64,000 nt of DNA from Amphiscolops sp. MND2022. Lineage: Eukaryota. The notes beneath the pieces were generated by a model. The model searched no databases. It was not told the DNA's origin and was given only the letters and a program-made list of their open reading frames with translations. The position numbers and the translations under genes are program-made. Positions 49,932 to 63,664 of this stretch are shown piece after piece. Location of the stretch: the NCBI GenBank assembly GCA_964187785.1, contig OZ076409.1, forward strand, positions 6,202,001-6,266,000, written 5' to 3'. Numbering within the stretch: the first letter of the stretch is position 1; each line of letters begins with the position of its first letter.

Positions 49932-50131
49932 NNNNNNNNNNNNNNNNNNNNNNNNNNNNNNNNNNNNNNNNNNNNNNNNNNNNNNNNNNNNNNNNNNNNN
50001 NNNNNNNNNNNNNNNNNNNNNNNNNNNNNNNNNNNNNNNNNNNNNNNNNNNNNNNNNNNNNNNNNNNNNNNNNNNNNNNNNNNNNNNNNNNNNNNNNNNN
50101 NNNNNNNNNNNNNNNNNNNNNNNNNNNNNNN
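49932..50131. other. Assembly gap (200 N)
   Basis: Run of N. Confidence 1.
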
Positions 50132-50279
50132 ATTGCTTTCTTATTTTAGCCTAATTGTTGTATGTATGCTTCAGATGACTCTTCGTCAAATAGAAAAATT
50201 CCTGCAACTTGTGTTTTCCCTCACGACAATTCTACTCGATAATTCCTCCTGAGTTATAACCTCTTCAAGACCTCGCTCC

Positions 50280-52100
50280 CTCGTAACTTGATTGTTACTA
50301 ACTCACAAGTCTATCTGAAGTGTCAAAGTTTTCTCAAACACTGGTGCAAAAATTGGGGGATTGCGGTCGATGGTGACAAGACGTCAATAATCTTTCTCGA
50401 ATCTGAGAACACGCAAGTCCCAAAGATTTTCGGAGATACCTGTAAGGTCAACAGAAATACAAAATCCAAATATAAGGCCATTTGATAAAACCATAGTCAA
50501 ATTCTTGAAAAAAATCTGGCAAAACTGATCATTCTAATACATCTTCATGGAAACCTATTTCACTTACATCCCATTTAGGAAAAGTAGTTGAACCAGTGAT
50601 AGATAGAAAACTAAGATCATCAGACGTCCTCGACATTGATGAACAAAAATTTGGTTTTCAGCCGGGCAAGTCAATTTTGCACTACTTGTACAAAATATAT
50701 CATGATATCTTAGCAATGAAAAAATTACCAATAGCAACAGTATATGATCTAGAGAAAGCTTTTGATTCCGTAGATCAAACTTTGTTGCTAAGCAAGCTAA
50801 TAAACAGTGGTTTAAATGGTCCAATGTTAGCTACTAGAAAGTCTTTCTTATCGAATCGGAAAGTCAGTAATCAAGTCAATGATTGTATCGATATGTCATT
50901 TGTCCCTCCCAATGGTTTATCTCAGGGGGCTGTACTGTCACCACTTTTGTTTATATTCTATATTAAGGGCTTCCTTCAAGATGCGGACTTAACATAGAAG
51001 TGTGCAGATGACAGTACTTCTCTTTCAAGCAAAGAAAACCTAAGCACATCTTCAGAAAAGGCGGAAAACTATACATACAAATGGAAACAGTTGCTGAATA
51101 AAGACAAAACTGAACATATAAATTTCTCAAAAGAAGCATTTCACTTCGACTATAAGATTGTTGAGAGAAGTAAAATACTTGGCTCAATGGTTTGAACGAG
51201 ATTTGAGCTTCAAAACACATGCTGCCATTATCTCTGCCTCAATGGTTGACTTCTGGAAAGAAACCAGTATCCTTATAACGCAAGGATTAAATCCATTTTA
51301 CGCTGTACGTATCTTTGATTCAAATGTGAAACCACGTGTCACGTACAGTGTGACTATTTGCTTTCATCAAAATATGACATCTCTGGACAAGATGTGGTGG
51401 AGTGTTCATAAATCTATCTTTGGATAGGAAACTACCAAGTATCGAAACACGTAGTAAGTGTTTTAGGTAATTTTCAGCCTCCTTCTCTACTGTACACAAA
51501 TCAAGTGTTAATGTTTCTACATTCAACTGCTAGAAGTGCAAATATTCTAAACCCATGTAATTTAGCAATCATGCCCAACATATTATTATGGTGAGATTGT
51601 TTTTGGTACACAATTTTTCAACTGTAAATCGTGATCTTGACGAAAATAACGCAATATTCATGCATTATAATAGACAATCTTCAGTCAGTACTTTTAAGAA
51701 GGATGGATGAAGCAATTATGGCAACGAGAGATAAAGCGAGGTCTTATGTACTCAATATACTCAGGGCTAAAAGTAAGAAACAGCATCATAAAAATGCTCG
51801 CACCATATCCTAGGAAAATTTCTAACAAAACGCTACGTGTTCTGATGAATGATTTTGAAGTACGCGAAGTATTATTCAGAAGTAATAAGAGCAAAACCGA
51901 TATTTGTCCCTTTTGTAGAGTTGTCGATGATACTGCACATTTCTTATTTTCCTTCGTCTCATACCAAGAACACCAAAGGAGTTTCATCAAAGAGCTTAAA
52001 AATCAAACAATTGACGAAACGCTAGTTAGTTTGCTAAATTGCGAAAACAAGCATGTTATAAGCGCGTTGGCTGGCTTTATTGCAAGCGTCGAATAATTCT
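50280..52100 (+). mobile_element. Degenerate non-LTR retrotransposon (RT plus C-terminal zinc knuckle; I/Jockey-group-like)
   Basis: FGFQPGKS, DLEKAFDSV, GLSQGAVLSPLLFIFYI, CADD, CPFC....DTAHFLF. Confidence 0.78.
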
Positions 52101-52759
52101 TATAACCCTGCAATCATCACTTGCCTTCCTTCTTTGTCAACTCTATTATACTATTTTCTTTGTTCTGGAATCAATGATAGAAAGTCATTTGTACAGCCAC
52201 ATCCCGAAGGTTAAATGATCTCTTTTGCTTCTTCTCATATTCGGAAAAAAATTCTCGTCCCGAAAAATTCTGACCTGTATTTGTTCTGTCTGGTTAAAGC
52301 CAGATCTCTGAACAAGCGCCGACTTAGAAAAGGAGAACTCCTTTTTGGCGTCCCGCCCCCGCGGAATTAGGGAAATTAACTTTCTTTTTCTGTCTGTTTG
52401 GAGCAAGATCTTTGAGCGCGTTTTTTTGACCAGTTTTATAGTCTTTTTGACAAAAATGGTTGGTTGTTTTCTCAGCAATTTGGAATCAGATCCAAAAACA
52501 GCTGCTGCCTTTCAGCTGTCGCTGGCTTTGCGGAATTAATTTGAAACTAGTTTCTATTTCTATTGTATGTTGTTTGATCTCCATAAATTCACAAATATTT
52601 CAGTACACCAGACCAGAAAAATTTTTGTTGGAACTATAGCTGAAAATGTTGGAAATGAATATAAAGGCACTGTTTTATGTTATGGTGAAATACCACCATT
52701 TTCACGCGAAGTGTCTGCTCTAACTGTTTTACATACCTGAATTACGAACCGAAGTGAAC

Positions 52760-55440
52760 GTTGATCACTAAAGAATCCCCAGTTTGCCTTCAGTAGAGGT
52801 TAGTCATTCGTTCTGCAGCTAATCTTTTTCATCCAAAGGTTTACGACAGCGTTGAATCTGAGCAAAGTATTGATATCATATACACTGACTTTAGCAATGC
52901 TTTCGATGAAATCGATCACGGCCTCCTGCTGGAGACAAATTATCTATTTGGAATCAGAGGAAAATTGTTCTCTGTCTTGAAATCATACCTGACAAACCGC
53001 GCTCAAAAAATTCAAGTTCAAAATGAATCCTCAAACTTTTTCGGGATAGCAAGTGGAGTCCCCCAAGGCAGCATACTGGGGTCTTATTGTTCTTAATCGA
53101 CGTTCCATGTTCTGCTGCAAATCTAAACTCTTTGCGATTTGCTGACGATGCTAAATTTATTTAGGACTGATATGGCGACACAATTTATGCAACTGACTTT
53201 GATTCACTCTTTACTTGGACCCAAAAAATTAAATGACATTTTAAGATGGACAAGTGCGCAAATATACCTCTGGGAAATAGCCAGAAATCGTTACGCTTTG
53301 GGAAAGATGTAATTAAATCAGCATCAGTCCAATCAGGCCTTACTTTTTCAAATGACCTCAAGTGGAATCTTCATATAGAAAATGCCTGCCTTAAAGCATT
53401 CCGAGACTTTCATTCGATTAGTAGGATTGCATCTGATGGTTCCGTGAAATTGAACCTCTACAATCAAATGATAGTTCCTGTTTTTGTAACGTCAGGCATC
53501 CGATCCAAAATTTAGATGACTCCAAAAATTCGATGAAGCAGCGAAAAATGCCCGAGTCAAAATGTCCGAACTGGCAGGTCCTTGAAATCATAGAGAAGGA
53601 CAAAAAACACACACAAGACCCCCCAACCGTCCCCAAAGAACTGAAAAACATGTAGAAGCAGACGTTCGAAGATATCCGGGAGCCGCGACAGAGCAATACC
53701 CAGTGATGTGCCATTTCCACCCGAGAAATGCCAAAAAGACCTTTTGCCCCGAAGATGCAGAATGATGCCCGATGCCAGGAACTGATCAAACATGAACTGT
53801 AATTACCGTTCACAGGTTTTTGGATGATGTTTGACCTGCTAGGTCTTCACTTTAGTCCATATTCCCCAAAGACAAAGTATTTCAGCTAGATGCCCCTTTT
53901 GGACCTCAGAAGTATGTAGGTACTCGCAGGAAGCTTGAGGAATGTTTTTACAGGCTTGTGGGACGTGTCCGGATTTTGAGTGCGCCGGCACGTCGGCACG
54001 GAGCTCTCAAATGAGGAGACTCCTAAGACGTTTGGCGAAGTCCCCTAGGAGACCGCTTTTGGACTAAAACTAGTGACTAGGTCGTGTTAAGGGAAACAAG
54101 ACGTTTCGGCGACAAAGTGTCGCCGAAACGTCTCTTAACAGGGTGAGAGGAAAACTGTCGCGGAAACGTCTCTTCATAGGATGTGCGGAAACATACATTT
54201 GAAGATTACAACCTAAATTATCAGGAGACTTGGTTTTGTATACATCATATAGATATCATTTAAAAAGTATAAAACGTGCCTCGGATATGTCCCCATTTCC
54301 TCTAGAGTCCCGCAGCCCCTTGGGGAAGCTAATGTTCTCATCTTGCTAAGCCAGGTCGAAGAGGAGCAAAGACCTAGCAAGAACGGAGATCGCGAAGCGA
54401 TCTTAGTGGGAGCTGGTCTTTGCGATGGTGACCGGGAGCGTGCAAACACAGCATATACCCCATATTATAATATTTTCGCTTCCAGAATGAACGTTTTCAG
54501 CTTTTGAGGACGTTTCTGGGACAAAGACGTTTTGGCGACACTTTTGTCGCCGAAACGTCTGTCACCGAAACGTCCAGAATCCGTGTTAAGACAACGGTCT
54601 CCTGTTCAGGCAATCTAGGCATCGTCCCGTCTTCAAGATTTAGCTGCTACCTTGACATTACATTTTATGTATGCTTCCCCTTGTTATGGCCTCAGCAGGT
54701 AGATAGTTAGTTTGTGTAAAACACGTTTGTAGAAATAAATTTGTAGAAGAATGATAGTAGGGTTGTAGAAAAAAGTTTTACAACCTTACCCACTCATAGT
54801 AAGTTTGTGAAATTCTACAAACCTGCTTTCTACAATATCACTTTATTCCCCTCAGCAAATACGTTAATGGCGAATTGGAAAATTTTCAGAAACGCGTTGT
54901 TAAATGGACTGACTCTGGGGGAAAACGTTACCGAGAAAAACTTCTATTTCAGTTGATATTACCTCTTCCGTTTTATGTTCAACTGAACAACCTGTTATTG
55001 TTATCTAAATTTCATTGAGGTCAATATGAAACCAATTTTTTGAGTGTACCCACGGTCACATCTTTTTCGCGTCGGAATTTGTTTCAGCTTCCAAGGCCAA
55101 AAAAAGAGACCTCAGAAGGAAATTTCTTCTTCCAAAGTTGTCGATTAGCGGTTGTGTTGCAAATCGATCTGCTGGCACATCAAACCTGAAGAAACGAAAC
55201 GGATTTTGACAAAGTTCTGGCAACTATTCAAGATTAGATACGATGAAAGAAATAGATGCACATGGGAAATTGCGTGTGATTGTACCCTTAGCAACTGTCA
55301 CAATAGAACAAACGTAGAACAAAACATACAGGAGTGACACCCCTTGTGCTTCTTGGAGCACTAAAGCCTTACTGCTACAAAATCGAGAAGTGTTTTCACT
55401 CAATCACCTACTACAGACAAGGCTTGTACCACATAAAAAC
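52760..55440 (+). mobile_element. Degenerate CR1/L2-group LINE, interrupted at ~53490-54870 by other insertions
   Basis: YTDFSNAFDEIDH, SGVPQGSILG, FADDAKF; 3' end TWEIACDCT resembles that of the 31.4-34.9 kb element. Confidence 0.72.
54092..54582 (+). mobile_element. MITE carrying core 2 with GACGTTT(C/T)GGCGAC-repeat termini
   Basis: TSD (C)GTGTTAAG (8-9 bp, boundary ambiguous); TIR GGA....GACGTTTCGG(C/T)GAC. Confidence 0.8.
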
Positions 55441-55444
55441 ATAA

Positions 55445-57420
55445 ATTATTACATTAAAAGATCTCGAAAAAATTGTTGAAGAGGAAAAAACGCTGGGACT
55501 CAAAATTAAACCCAGGAAAAGCGAATTTTTTTCCTAGGTGACATCATTGAAAATCGACGATCGACAATTTTAGCATATTTTCAAAAACTTTGCCCCGGGA
55601 TCAAAACACCAAAGAAAGATGAACTTATCATTCTTGGTTCACCGCCCGGCCGGAAATCACAAGAAGACTTATCGGAAAAAAACTGATGAACTGGAAAAAG
55701 TACACGGGGTTGTTGAAAAACTAGATGCGCACTATGGTTTTTTTATGTTGAAAAATTGCTTCAGTCTGCCAAAGTTGTCATACTTCCTGAGAACCAGTAC
55801 ATGTTTTAATCATCCAGTACTCTTGGAAAAATATGACAAAACCGTACGCGACGGGCTTTCCAAAGGGTGAACGTGAACTTCGACAATATTTCGAGGACTC
55901 AGCTGGCTCTGCCGGCTTAGATGGGGGCTTCGGGCAATAAATTCGGTTTACTAAGTTCGAATTTGAACTTGTGCAATAAGTTCGAATGGAATAGTTTCGA
56001 GACAACAAGTTCAAATTTTCATATCATTCATATCCGATGTAAATGTAAACTGGACATCTTTCACACAAGACCCTGAGAACTCCACCGCCTAGGATCTAAA
56101 GGAATCTAAAAACTGAAATGTGGGGCATATCAGGTGTATGCACGCTCGCCCTCACCGTCGCAAACACCAGCTCTCACTACGATCGCTTCGCGATCTCCGT
56201 GCCCGCTAGGACTTTGCTCCTGTTCGACATGGGAACATAAGCGGCCCCAAGGGGCCGCGGGGACTAGATGAAATGGAGAAATATCAGAGGCACGTTTTAT
56301 ACTTAGTTCAAAATTCGAACACAGTGATTCGAACTTGTTCCGGTTTTTGGAAAATTCGAACTTAGTCCATTCGAAATTAAAATTCAAACTTATGCGTTCG
56401 AACTTGTTACCGTGCCCCTAGATGGGTGGTCTTGGGGTTTCATCCGCATCATTATTAGCACTTCCTGCGTTTTTGGCCTCTGCTTTTGGTGCGAATGACT
56501 TTCTCACGAAGAGTTTCTCGGAAGCCTTCGAAGATGTTCCGTTTACAAACGCGTTTGAGAAATGGTTGAGTTCGACGAAAAACTTCTCGAAGGAACCCAG
56601 ACAAATTGGACACAACTTGTTCACGTCAAAAACACCCAAGATTCGATTTCTGGAGTGGATGATTTGATTTCTGGAGTGATTTTCTGGACATACGTTTGAA
56701 TGTTTTTACAACTCATCAAGGCAAATTCGGGACTCAATGGCTCAACGTCGTTCTTGCAAGAACCCAGGCCTGAAACTTGATGATCCGCAGCTTCGGATTT
56801 CAATTGGTTTGCGTCTCGGGGCCAACATCTGTGTTGCGCATACGTGCCACTGTGGTAAAAGTGTTGAAAGGGACAGTTTACACGGTCTTTCTTGTACCCA
56901 GATTGCTTGTCGCTTCTCACATCATGCTACTCTCAATTCTCTCATAAGCAGACGTTAGGATCTCTCGACTTGTCTTCAATGTTCGAACCTCGTGGACTGT
57001 ACCGAACTGATGGCAAACGCCCAGACGGAGTTACCATGATTCCTTGGGAAATGGGTAAACAGCTGGTGTGGGGTGTCACGGTTGTGGATGCTCTTGCACC
57101 CAATAGTCTGAATCAAGGCTCTTTATGCAACCCGGGAAACACCGCCATCGAGGCTGAAGCGCGTAAAACTGAGAAGTACCGCGAATTAATAGACAATGGA
57201 TACATTTTCCAACCGGTTGCCTTGGAAGTACAGGGTTCTTTAGGCGAGAGCAGTGAAATTTTTGATCACGCGTCTTTGTAAAATGCTCTGTCGTTCGCAC
57301 GACGATCAACGAGTTGGCAGTTTTTTGAAGCAATGGATTCTTCAGATCTGCAATGCGGCCTGTGTTCTAGGAACAGAGCGACAGAGATGCGTTTGAAGAA
57401 TTTCATTACAAATAGCTAAT
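55445..57420 (+). mobile_element. CRE-clade element 3' half with a core-2 MITE inserted at ~55924-56418
   Basis: LKNCFSLPKL.YFLRTS, LPA.|MGGLGV split by the MITE (duplicated TAGATG), CHCGK...HGLSC, DGKRPDGVTMIPWEMGKQLVW.VTVVD. Confidence 0.88.
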
Positions 57421-57518
57421 TTTTTAAAAACCTGTATGTCATTGCAGCTTTAAATGAAAATTCTACCGGTCGACTGCGATAGTGGCTGGTATGAGTAGTT
57501 TGTTAGTTTGTTGTTTTG

Positions 57519-57876
57519 CGGGGCAGGGACGTTTCGTCACCAGCTTTTTGGGCGACAAAAATTTCAGCCCATTTCGGTGACAAAAATGTCGAACAAATGT
57601 CGCGTAGACTAAATGGCCAAATATGTTCACATACCTCTAGTGCCCTAAATGCAGGAGCGAAGCGAAGCGGAGCGACGTGCCTTATGGCCTTGCCTCAATG
57701 TTGCTACTTCGCCAAGGGAGCGAAGCGACCAAGCCATACAACAAATATTCTAACCTCTTCAAAAATATCAGTTAATTGACCAATTTGATCAACCTATTTG
57801 GTCGACACTTTTGTCGCCCATGTGTCCGACGCCATATTGTCGCCCAAATGGCTGGTGACGAAATGTCCCTGACCCG
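57519..57876 (+). mobile_element. MITE carrying core 1 with CGGG(G/T)CAGGGAC(G/A)TTTCGTCACCAGC TIRs
   Basis: 26-bp imperfect TIR; core 1 at ~57622-57748; TSD unclear. Confidence 0.78.
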
Positions 57877-58198
57877 TTTCTGCTACTGATCTACTGGGAT
57901 AGTGGCTGGTATGGGGTTCCCTACTTTCGTTGCAGACCACGGGTGTGTGTCTTCCCTCAAAATGATGATACACATGGCACTTGATTTATGACGAAGATCC
58001 ATGATATCTGATAGAGAAAAAATGTATAGCAATGCAGCTTTTTAAAAAATTTCTCTCAACCGGTTGACTGGAATAGTGGCTGGTATGAGTAGTTTGTTGG
58101 TTCGACGCTAGCGATGATTCGTTTGAGGTCCTCAAGAACCGTCCGATAGTCATCCGAAAGATTTCCGTCGTCGAAGTACCAAACATTATATTTTGAAA

Positions 58199-59090
58199 TT
58201 ATTGGTTAGCGAGGTCTTGAATAGTGTCGGAGAAGAGAGCTGAGCCTTCGGGGTCCCCTTGCTGACAGCCCTCTTGCGATTGAATAACTTTCTCTCCGAA
58301 GAAAAGATGAGAGGATTCGCTATATGCAGAGTGCGTATAATTGTAAATCTGGCGTCGTTTTCGAAAAACGGTGTCTAAAATTTTGTCACGTTTCAGCGAG
58401 TTAAAAGCATTTTTGAATTCCATTTTCAGAATAACGTTTTCAGGATTCTGCTCGTTCTCAATGAGGTTTCGAAAAACATGTGCTGCGATTTCAGCTCCAC
58501 GACTTGTTCCGCAGCCGAACTGCGTACCATGGAAATCAATTCGTCTCTGGTCAGTCGCGAAAGAGCTTACACATTTCGAGCAAAGTCGACGCAGGGTATT
58601 TCCAACAGCAATTGGTCGAATTCCGCAGTCTTTTTTCCGAAGACCGATAAGTTTAGCACCAAAGAAAAAAGGTCTCAAACCTACAGGGACTTTGCCTTTC
58701 AAGACAATATTCAGTACGCTTGTTAGCTTCTGGAGAAACGCGTTGCCTACGGATCCGTTGCTCTTCGCGATAAGGTCTTTGTACAACTGGGGCACAAGTA
58801 GGCTTGGTCCTTTCGAAGACCCAGAAGGGAAGGAGTTGATTGCCTTCGCTACGATGGGTTCAAACGAAATTAGGCTATCTTCGACATTTTGTTGGGCATG
58901 ATTTGGGGCTCGAGGGGGATGTTTCGACTGAAGTTTTTCGTAAGTGTTGTTGTCCAAGGGAGCTACTGAGTCGTCAGACGCTGCTAGTCTTATTCCCGCT
59001 CGGACGTTCCCCTCATCGAGCTTGGCCCATTTTTGCTCGAGTTTAGAGTCCTTTCATCTCGAGAATGGACAAAATACTTCCTGAGCAAGA
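58199..59090 (-). mobile_element. CRE-clade RT N-terminal fragment
   Basis: GIRPIAVGNTLRRL, QFGCG...GAE..AH, KNAFNS, GCQQGDP. Confidence 0.85.
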
Positions 59091-59106
59091 GTCGAAGTTT
59101 GCAGAG

Positions 59107-59957
59107 GGCTACGTGGAATCAGGTCTAAAGAAATAGATCTAGGAGAGGGGGCAAAACTGAGATCTAATTAATTGATCTAAATAATCAGGTCTAAAAATCT
59201 CTTCTAATATGATCTAATTTGAGAGAAAAATATGTCAATAAGGATCTAAAACTAAAAAGTGATATGAAGTATAAAACGTGCCTCGGATATGTCCCCATTT
59301 CCTCTAGTGCCCCGCGGCCCCTTGGGTGGGCGGAAGTAGGTCGAAGGAACGGGATCGGAAATCAGAGTTAGTCCTCAGGTCGACATTCCAAATTTTTGAA
59401 TAGGATCGAAACAACTCGAATCGAAATTTTCATAACGTAGTCAGATAGGTTCACATACCCATAGTGCCCTGAATGCAGGAGCGAAGCGAAGCGGAGCGAC
59501 GTGCCATATGGCCATGCCTCAATGTTGCTACTTGGCGAAGGGAGCGAAGCGACCGAGCCATACAACAAATACGATAAAATTCGACCGCATTCCATTCGAT
59601 CCCTGCAATTCGATCAAAAGGTTCAACCTCTGTCCTTTCGACCAGAAAAATTCGACCTATTTACAGCCACCCGCTGCGTATATTCCCATCGTGCTAAGCG
59701 AGGTCGAACAGGAGCAAAGACGTAGCGAGAACGGAGATCGCGAAGCGATCGTAATGGGAGCTGGTCTTTCCGACGGTGAGGGCGAGCATGCATTCATCGC
59801 ACATGCCCCACATTATATTTTCGCTTTCAGAACACATATTAGATCATAAAGGGGTTAGATCATAAGTATTTTAGATAAAATTAGATCTGAAAGTTAGACC
59901 TAACAGTTAGATCTAATTCCTTTAGACCCAAGCAATTAGATCAAAAGCGTACACTCC
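59107..59957 (+). mobile_element. MULE-type core-2 MITE with a core-1 MITE (59324-59672) nested inside its core
   Basis: 9-bp TSD TTTGCAGAG (59098-59106, 59958-59966); the inner element is the GGGTGG...CCACCC family, without a clear TSD. Confidence 0.87.
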
Positions 59958-60299
59958 TTTGCAGAGATACATAAAGTTCTACTGGAGATTACTAAACAGC
60001 AAGAGATTAACAAACAAAAAATTGAAGAAAATTCAACTATAGCAGAGGAAGCCAAATCCAAGTTATCGAATCCAAGCCCCAAATAGAAGTTTTGAAAGAA
60101 TCTGAATACAATCAACGTGCATATGCTGATGTAGTCAAACAAGCTGAACATGAAGGCACCAAAGAACGTAGATAAAACAAAGAGACCCGGAAACAATTCT
60201 TATGCTAATGCGACTCAACATCTGACTCAACAAGCTGCACAGCCTTAGACATTTAATAACTGTTACATACAATGCACGCGGAGTAGAAATACCAATCTC

Positions 60300-60900
60300 T
60301 GTCAAAAATTGTGTTGCTTCTCTATGTATAGACGAAACATCAATTTATCCCAGATGAACATATTTTGGAATGAGCGATCAGAGTCGGATCGCGCTGAATA
60401 AATACTTCAACATTACAAATCCATATGTCTTGTGCATCAATGAAACGAAAAAGGACATGACTAACGATTTATTTGATAATTACACCGTGGTATCAGCATT
60501 CAATGGTGCCATGATTATACATTCCAGCCTTCCTTACCAACGATTATATCTCCTAAATTTTCATTTTGACAGCATTTGGATTAACTGTTTCAAGCGAAAA
60601 AAAGGTTGTCATTGGCACCGCATATATTCAACCCAACTCTCCTGAAAAAAATGCAACATTTCATTAACTCTCTAGGAATCCTGAAGTCCTATTGTGTTTC
60701 TAATGCGTTAGATGGACAAATTTTTTCATTGGCGATTACAACGCCCGAAATGTCGCTTGGGGGGACAACACTGGTAACTTACATGGAACCATCCTTGAAG
60801 AGTACATTGGAACCGATTTTGCCATCTTAAATGGACCGGAGCCCATTTTTCTTGCCAAAATGGTTCTAGTGTTTTTGATCTGATAATTTGCTGCTGTTAC
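60300..60900 (+). mobile_element. LINE APE-endonuclease remnant
   Basis: VLCINETK and GDYNA motifs in broken frames. Confidence 0.6.
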
Positions 60901-62141
60901 AAAGCAGAACCAAACCAAATTCTTGGCTGACGCTGTTTTTGTCTGATGCTCTTGTGTTGTTAGGGACCTCCCCCGTCTTAAGAATACCTATGGAGGGTCC
61001 CCTTCAGTGCTTCAGTTGATGAAATGTGTAAATATTAGCTTATTTATTTGCTTCTTTATATAAATTTTTATTCTCGTAGAATTCGGCGTTTTGGTTGTTT
61101 CCGACACATCGGGACTTTCCCGTTTTTTGCACACCACGTTTGTGTGCCATGTTCTCCCTGACATCATGATTTACATGACAACAGATTGAATGCATAACAT
61201 GATACCCAGTCAATAGCTTTTTTTCGAACTAATTTATAATTCCGTTGTTTCAGGCCCTATGAAACCAAGAAAGCGTCACAAAGAAGAATTTGTTGTTCTC
61301 GACCCTCAAAGTTCTGTCCAGCATTCTCGACGACTGTTGAATTTGAGACCGCTGAGCAAGTAATTGTCTTTATTGTATGACTATTGTCAAAGTCGCAACT
61401 AGGAATAAATGTAGTTTGACCTCGATCGAATTTTGAAGACTTTTGATTTTTTCAAAGAACTTTTTTTTTGTTTCTAAATCATCGTGGTTTTCTATTATAA
61501 TGTCTTGACCTTTTTTGCCTTATCATTTTTGTTGTACTGTTGATCCTCCTGTTCTCGGCGGCATATTTCTCGTAATTGATCCCATTCTTTTTTGTAGTGG
61601 CACGCGGCTAACTGGAACAACCTATTTGAGCTTTTCTCAATTAATGTATTGGATTACTATTTTGCCCAACAATTTGATCAGGAAGAAGGACGAAAAGAAA
61701 TCAAAATTTTGCGAAAAAAGTTGCTCAAAATGTCTAAAATGCAAAAAAAAATCAAACTGCGATGTCTTTATTTCGAAAAAGGCTTATAATTGAGTGTTTT
61801 GCAACTTTTTCTTCGGTCATAGCGAAGTTCTTCTATAACGATCTTTTTTCTTTGCACCAAGCGGGTTCACTTGTATTATAATAATCAGTAATAATCTCCC
61901 GATGACGTCACATGAATCTTCCTGAACGGTGTCTTCCCAGGAGTCCGAAAATTGGTTTTAATTACCACGAGTCCGAAAATCAATTTTAATTCCCACGAGT
62001 CCGAAAACTAATCTTACACAAATGTTCCGAATGACGTCTGACTATTGTTTGCCTTGCTTTTATAGCATCTTGATATATATTCAATTTTAGCCCGTATTTT
62101 GTATTCCGTATGAAAAAGGTGTCACTCAACGGTTTAATTAA

Positions 62142-62908
62142 CCTCGTCAGTGCACCGAGAAGTCTAAAAATTGACAAAAAAAACTGGCAACATTTTTTAA
62201 TGCTTAATTTCTCTACGAATAATAGTCACAGCTCAAATCGGTTTTCTGCTCCTGAAAACCCTTTACCTAAGCTTTCAGATGCACACTAATAAGGTCGCGA
62301 GTTGGCGCCACTTGTTGGGGTGAGAGCGCCACCCCGGCTGCGCCTGGCCTTTCGAATATTGGTTGAACTCATAACTGAAGCTTCATTGAAAAAACTCCTA
62401 TATGCGTTTTCAGTGGTGGCAAACTGTGTTACTAGAGTGGGACAGTAACTTAGCAAACGGTTGATCAGTTATTGAAAAAACGGTATTTCTGAAATTTACT
62501 TTTTTTTGCAATTTTTCACTTTTTTCAGTTACTTTTTTGCCAGTGGCTCGGAAAAGAATCTATATTGACACAAATAACAATTCACACCAGATTCTACGTA
62601 GTTCCGTCCTCTGTCTCAGAGGCTGAAGAGCGACACGCCGCCAACAAGCAATCGTAGAGTCATCTATCAGTGCCATAGTTCACGAGGGAGGGCTGTCATA
62701 ACTCTGACAATCCCTCGGGTGCTCCTCGCAAAACCAAGTAATAATTTTTGACGATCAATAAAGTTTGAGATTCACACCAGATAGTCCAATAGATTGTCGA
62801 TAAGAAATACAATTTTTTGGTTTCCTCTATGCTTTTTGCGTGTCGTAATTTATTATTGATTGCGAAAAAAATCGCTGTCCTCATTTGAGGACGAAATCAC
62901 TGTCGAGG
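62142..62908. mobile_element. piggyBac-like MITE copy with a ~180-bp insertion (62593-62769) flanked by a 13-bp TSD
   Basis: TTAA|CCTCGTCAGTG...CACTGTCGAGG; ATTCACACCAGAT duplicated at 62580-62592 and 62770-62782. Confidence 0.72.
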
Positions 62909-63254
62909 TTATTCCGTAAATAGAAACTTGAATCACTTCAAACTTTGACATTAAAGCTTCCAGCGAATCAACGAGAATATAGGGTTCTCCGGTTGTGCTA
63001 TTTTGCTGATAGCTTCGTAATTAGGTAATCCCGAGTTCTGAATCATTGTTAGACTGATTAACTTCGTGTTTCCCCGAACATTACGACGCCAACCGGGAAA
63101 AACTGACCGCAACAAATCTGTTGTAGTGTTATGTGGATTCTCCAACTGCATCATAATACATGTGTTTTCAAGAATGGAGAACAGTGGAATGAGACACTTT
63201 CCTGGATTCTTGCACTAATACCTGTGCGATAACTTGTGAAGAATCGCTTTGGAG

Positions 63255-63664
63255 TAGGCTCTGCAGAAATTCACGTTGAAGGACCATCAAAATCGACGCT
63301 CTCGTGTCACGCTAATTCCGCTCCAACTTCACGCATTTTTCTGTCCAAAATAAAATTTCTTTGGCATTCATATACAAAAAGAACTGTTTCTTCTGAGTTT
63401 TAAAATCTGTATTTTCGCGCTCAGTTGTTAGAGTTTTCATTGGGTGCAAAAATTTTACTGTTTCGTTGTTAATTAGGAAACGACAAAAATAGATTCTCCT
63501 GTTGAAATTGATGTTTTTGCATTTTTTATTCAATTCCACGCCATATTAACCCAATTTTCGAGGAAAACGGAGTTAATTCACGCTTTTATCTTCGGTGACA
63601 CGCTGAAATTTGTTGGAGCAATAATTCACATGATTTCACGCCGCGTGAAATTCTGCGGAGCCTA
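63255..63664. mobile_element. MITE with TAGGCTC(T/C)GCAGAA.TTCACG TIRs and internal TTCACGC repeats
   Basis: 21-bp imperfect TIR; superfamily unclear (either TA-flanked or TAGG termini). Confidence 0.65.

Noticed and set aside
62600..62650. Hammerhead ribozyme at CCTCTG-tct-CAGAGG CTGAAGA GCG-aca-CGC
   Set aside because: The required GAAA after stem II is absent.
24366..62908. Inverted copies read as TIRs of a giant 38.5-kb transposon
   Set aside because: Each copy has its own TIR pair, there is no shared TSD outside the pair, and the interval contains EXD1 exons 1-2.
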